Shown here: one piece after another, positions 33,916-35,488 of the stretch
How the letters are laid out: each line of letters opens with the position of its first letter
How positions within the stretch are numbered: the first letter of the stretch is position 1
IMG/VR virus record: IMGVR_UViG_3300035148_000364
Coordinates: 1 to 35,488 of that record
Direction: 5' to 3' (one strand)
Length of the DNA stretch: 35,488 nt
Origin: a virus
Lineage: Duplodnaviria > Caudoviricetes
Notes under the pieces: generated by a model
Database searches by the model: none
Seen by the model: only the letters and a program-made list of their open reading frames with translations
Told to the model about the DNA's origin: nothing
Translations under genes and position numbers: made by a program

Positions 33916-33941
33916 CTGACAGTACCAGGGCGGTCTGACAG
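33916..33941 (-). promoter_or_regulatory. Possible extended -10 promoter with CTGACAG direct repeats upstream of the HTH gene
   Basis: Minus strand TGGTACTGT (33927-33919) = TGn-TAnnnT; CTGACAG at 33916-33922 and 33935-33941. Confidence 0.4.
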
Positions 33942-33942
33942 G

Positions 33943-34239
33943 TTACTCCCGGTGATACCCCGTCGGCAAGTTGGGCCGGCAGGCGCGGTGCTGGCGCAGC
34001 GTCCCCGGCTTGCCGCAGACCGGGCACTCGGGCTCGGGCTCCTCTTCGTACCCGTCCTCCTCCTCGGGGTCGGCCAGGGGCCCGGCCTCCATCTGGAGGC
34101 GGATGAGGCACTGGTCGCAGACCTCGGCGATGAGCCGGAGGACCCGGCCGTGCCGGGCGATGGCCGGGATGATGTCGGTGACGAAGAGGCCGTTGAGCTT
34201 CTTCTCCTTGCACTGGCAACGATCACACTTCCCGTTCAT
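33943..34239 (-). CDS. Zn-finger hypothetical protein, 98 aa
   Basis: CDRC, CDQC, CPVC...H..C; acidic linker. Confidence 0.6.
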   Translation of the reverse strand: MNGKCDRCQCKEKKLNGLFVTDIIPAIARHGRVLRLIAEVCDQCLIRLQMEAGPLADPEEEDGYEEEPEPECPVCGKPGTLRQHRACRPNLPTGYHRE

Positions 34240-34442
34240 GGCGTCACCTTCTTGAGGCCGGTGGGCCCCCACTGGTAGTTCACGGCGTCCTGCGACTCGA
34301 CCACCCGGAACTCGCGCACCAGGGTCCAGCGCAGGGACAGGTCGAGTCCGTACTCCATCGCCTCCTCGGACGTGGCGAAGCGGAGCGCGTTGCCGCACCA
34401 CTTGCCCGACGAGTCGGCGATGACCTCGGCAGCGAAGCTCAC
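34236..34442 (-). CDS. Hypothetical early protein, 68 aa
   Basis: AAGGAG RBS; coupled on both sides; GNALRFAT.EEA motif. Confidence 0.65.
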   Translation of the reverse strand: MSFAAEVIADSSGKWCGNALRFATSEEAMEYGLDLSLRWTLVREFRVVESQDAVNYQWGPTGLKKVTP

Positions 34443-34654
34443 GGGGTCTCCTTCGCGAGCCGGCGCAGCGCGGACAGGACCCGGCGAGTGCTGTCCTTGC
34501 GGCGGGCGTTGGCGGTGAGGAACTTGCCGAAGCTCGGGTGCAGGAAGCGCACCTCGCCGGTGCGGTGAACCTTCTCCACCGTCACCCCGTGCGCTTCGGC
34601 CCAGGTGATGACCTCGTGCAGGTTGGGGTTGCCGTCTAGCTCTCTGTGTCCCAT
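34439..34654 (-). CDS. Small basic protein, possibly HicA-like fold, 71 aa
   Basis: GGAGGA RBS; helix-G-strand-strand(F.HP)-strand-helix pattern; lacks the HicA GSH histidine. Confidence 0.5.
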   Translation of the reverse strand: MGHRELDGNPNLHEVITWAEAHGVTVEKVHRTGEVRFLHPSFGKFLTANARRKDSTRRVLSALRRLAKETP

Positions 34655-34655
34655 G

Positions 34656-35030
34656 TCAGTCCTCCTCCGATCCGTTGACGATCCAGGCTTCCAGTTGCTG
34701 CGACGCTGCTGCGACGATGGCGGGCTCGACCCCCTGGACGAGCGCCAGGTAGGCGGCGGCCGTCCAGGCGCTCGCGTAGGACCGGCGGCGAACCTCCGGC
34801 CGGCGGTGCAAGTTCTCGATGAGGTCTCCCCACGAGGACCCGTAGACGCAGCCGGTGCGGAAGCCGATGCCGCCGCAGCCGGTGCGGATCCCAGCTTCGT
34901 ACCGCGTCCGCGGGTACTCGCGCCCGAAGGCCGGGCCCTTGTCGGTAACGTAGACCTCCGACTTCGAGCCGGCGAGTTCCGGCCCGAGGATCTCGATTGC
35001 GACTGCAAGTGCTGCTCCCTGTTTCGACAT
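34656..35030 (-). CDS. Hypothetical early protein, 124 aa
   Basis: GGAGGGAG RBS; fits the operon spacing. Confidence 0.6.
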   Translation of the reverse strand: MSKQGAALAVAIEILGPELAGSKSEVYVTDKGPAFGREYPRTRYEAGIRTGCGGIGFRTGCVYGSSWGDLIENLHRRPEVRRRSYASAWTAAAYLALVQGVEPAIVAAASQQLEAWIVNGSEED

Positions 35031-35039
35031 GGCTCCCTC

Positions 35040-35111
35040 CTACAGGTTGACCAGCAGTGATACGGCGACGAGCAGCGCGATGAAGTCGATGATGACGGTG
35101 GCGAAGCTCAT
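35040..35111 (-). CDS. 23-aa hydrophobic peptide MSFATVIIDFIALLVAVSLLVNL
   Basis: GGGAGGGAG RBS, ATGA overlap with the upstream stop, fills the gap in the operon. Confidence 0.5.
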   Translation of the reverse strand: MSFATVIIDFIALLVAVSLLVNL

Positions 35112-35350
35112 GCTCCCTCCCTGGCTCGGATGGCATCGTTCTGGAGGCAGGCGCTGCAGGTGACGGTCCCGTCCTCGTCCTCGTCGGCGCACTCGGCGCA
35201 GACGGGGTCGAGGCAGCGGTCGCAGGCGAGGTGGATGTCCTCGGCGCGCTTCGCGGTGCAGCAGAAGATGACCGGGGCGAGGCGCTCGTCGCAGACGTGG
35301 CAGAGGGGGTCGAAGCGGCGGTCGGGGCGGCGCAGGCTGTCGAGCTTCAT
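35108..35350 (-). CDS. Zn-finger protein with four CxxC pairs, 80 aa
   Basis: CHVC, CDRC, CAEC, CSAC; GAGGAG RBS. Confidence 0.65.
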   Translation of the reverse strand: MKLDSLRRPDRRFDPLCHVCDERLAPVIFCCTAKRAEDIHLACDRCLDPVCAECADEDEDGTVTCSACLQNDAIRAREGA

Positions 35351-35358
35351 GGCGCTCC

Positions 35359-35488
35359 TCAGTACCCCTGCGCGGTGGCGATGGCCTTCGGGGCGGGTGC
35401 CTTGACGATGCGGACCCTGACCTCCTCGGGGTAGGCGTAGCCGAGCATCTTCTCGTAGATGGCGGCGTGGAAGTCCTCGGCGGTCGGG
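35359..35488 (-). CDS. 3' part of a hypothetical protein, probably the continuation of 1-203
   Basis: PTAEDFHAAIYEKMLGY...AQGY-stop; frame joins that of 203->1. Confidence 0.65.
   Translation of the reverse strand, partial: PTAEDFHAAIYEKMLGYAYPEEVRVRIVKAPAPKAIATAQGY

Noticed and set aside
1-35488. Stop-codon reassignment
   Set aside because: TAG, TGA and TAA all end genes at sensible, often coupled, boundaries and core genes are full length in code 11

Overview
High-GC (roughly 70% by eye) tailed-phage sequence with a P22-like podovirus layout. The window is probably a complete, circularly permuted 35,488-bp genome: the minus-strand gene leaving position 1 continues in frame into position 35488 (...QEQVEK-L-PTAEDF...). 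There are two transcription blocks. The leftward early block (1-1867 and 30491-35488) has many small Zn-finger or hypothetical genes, an XRE HTH, a Mu Gam-like gene, Bet/RecT, a wHTH and an HNH. The rightward block (2002-30566) runs: TerS, zincin lipoprotein, TerL, portal, accessory cluster, lysis cassette, scaffold, capsid, collagen-containing fibre module, adaptor, nozzle, GNAT, ejection proteins, tail fibre, papain-like protease. I recognise no integrase, DNA polymerase, primase, helicase or replication initiator. Most notable: (1) a shared terminal L-x-x-A-L-R peptide on unrelated accessory proteins behind the portal and on ejection-region proteins, a candidate capsid-cargo tag, including on a 644-aa Cys-rich radical-SAM-like protein; (2) a gapless 75-bp duplicated early promoter module; (3) TATGGTCA boxes in the divergent control region; (4) a multi-stem RNA leader that sequesters the capsid RBS. 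All family assignments come from motif recognition and synteny, not database searches.
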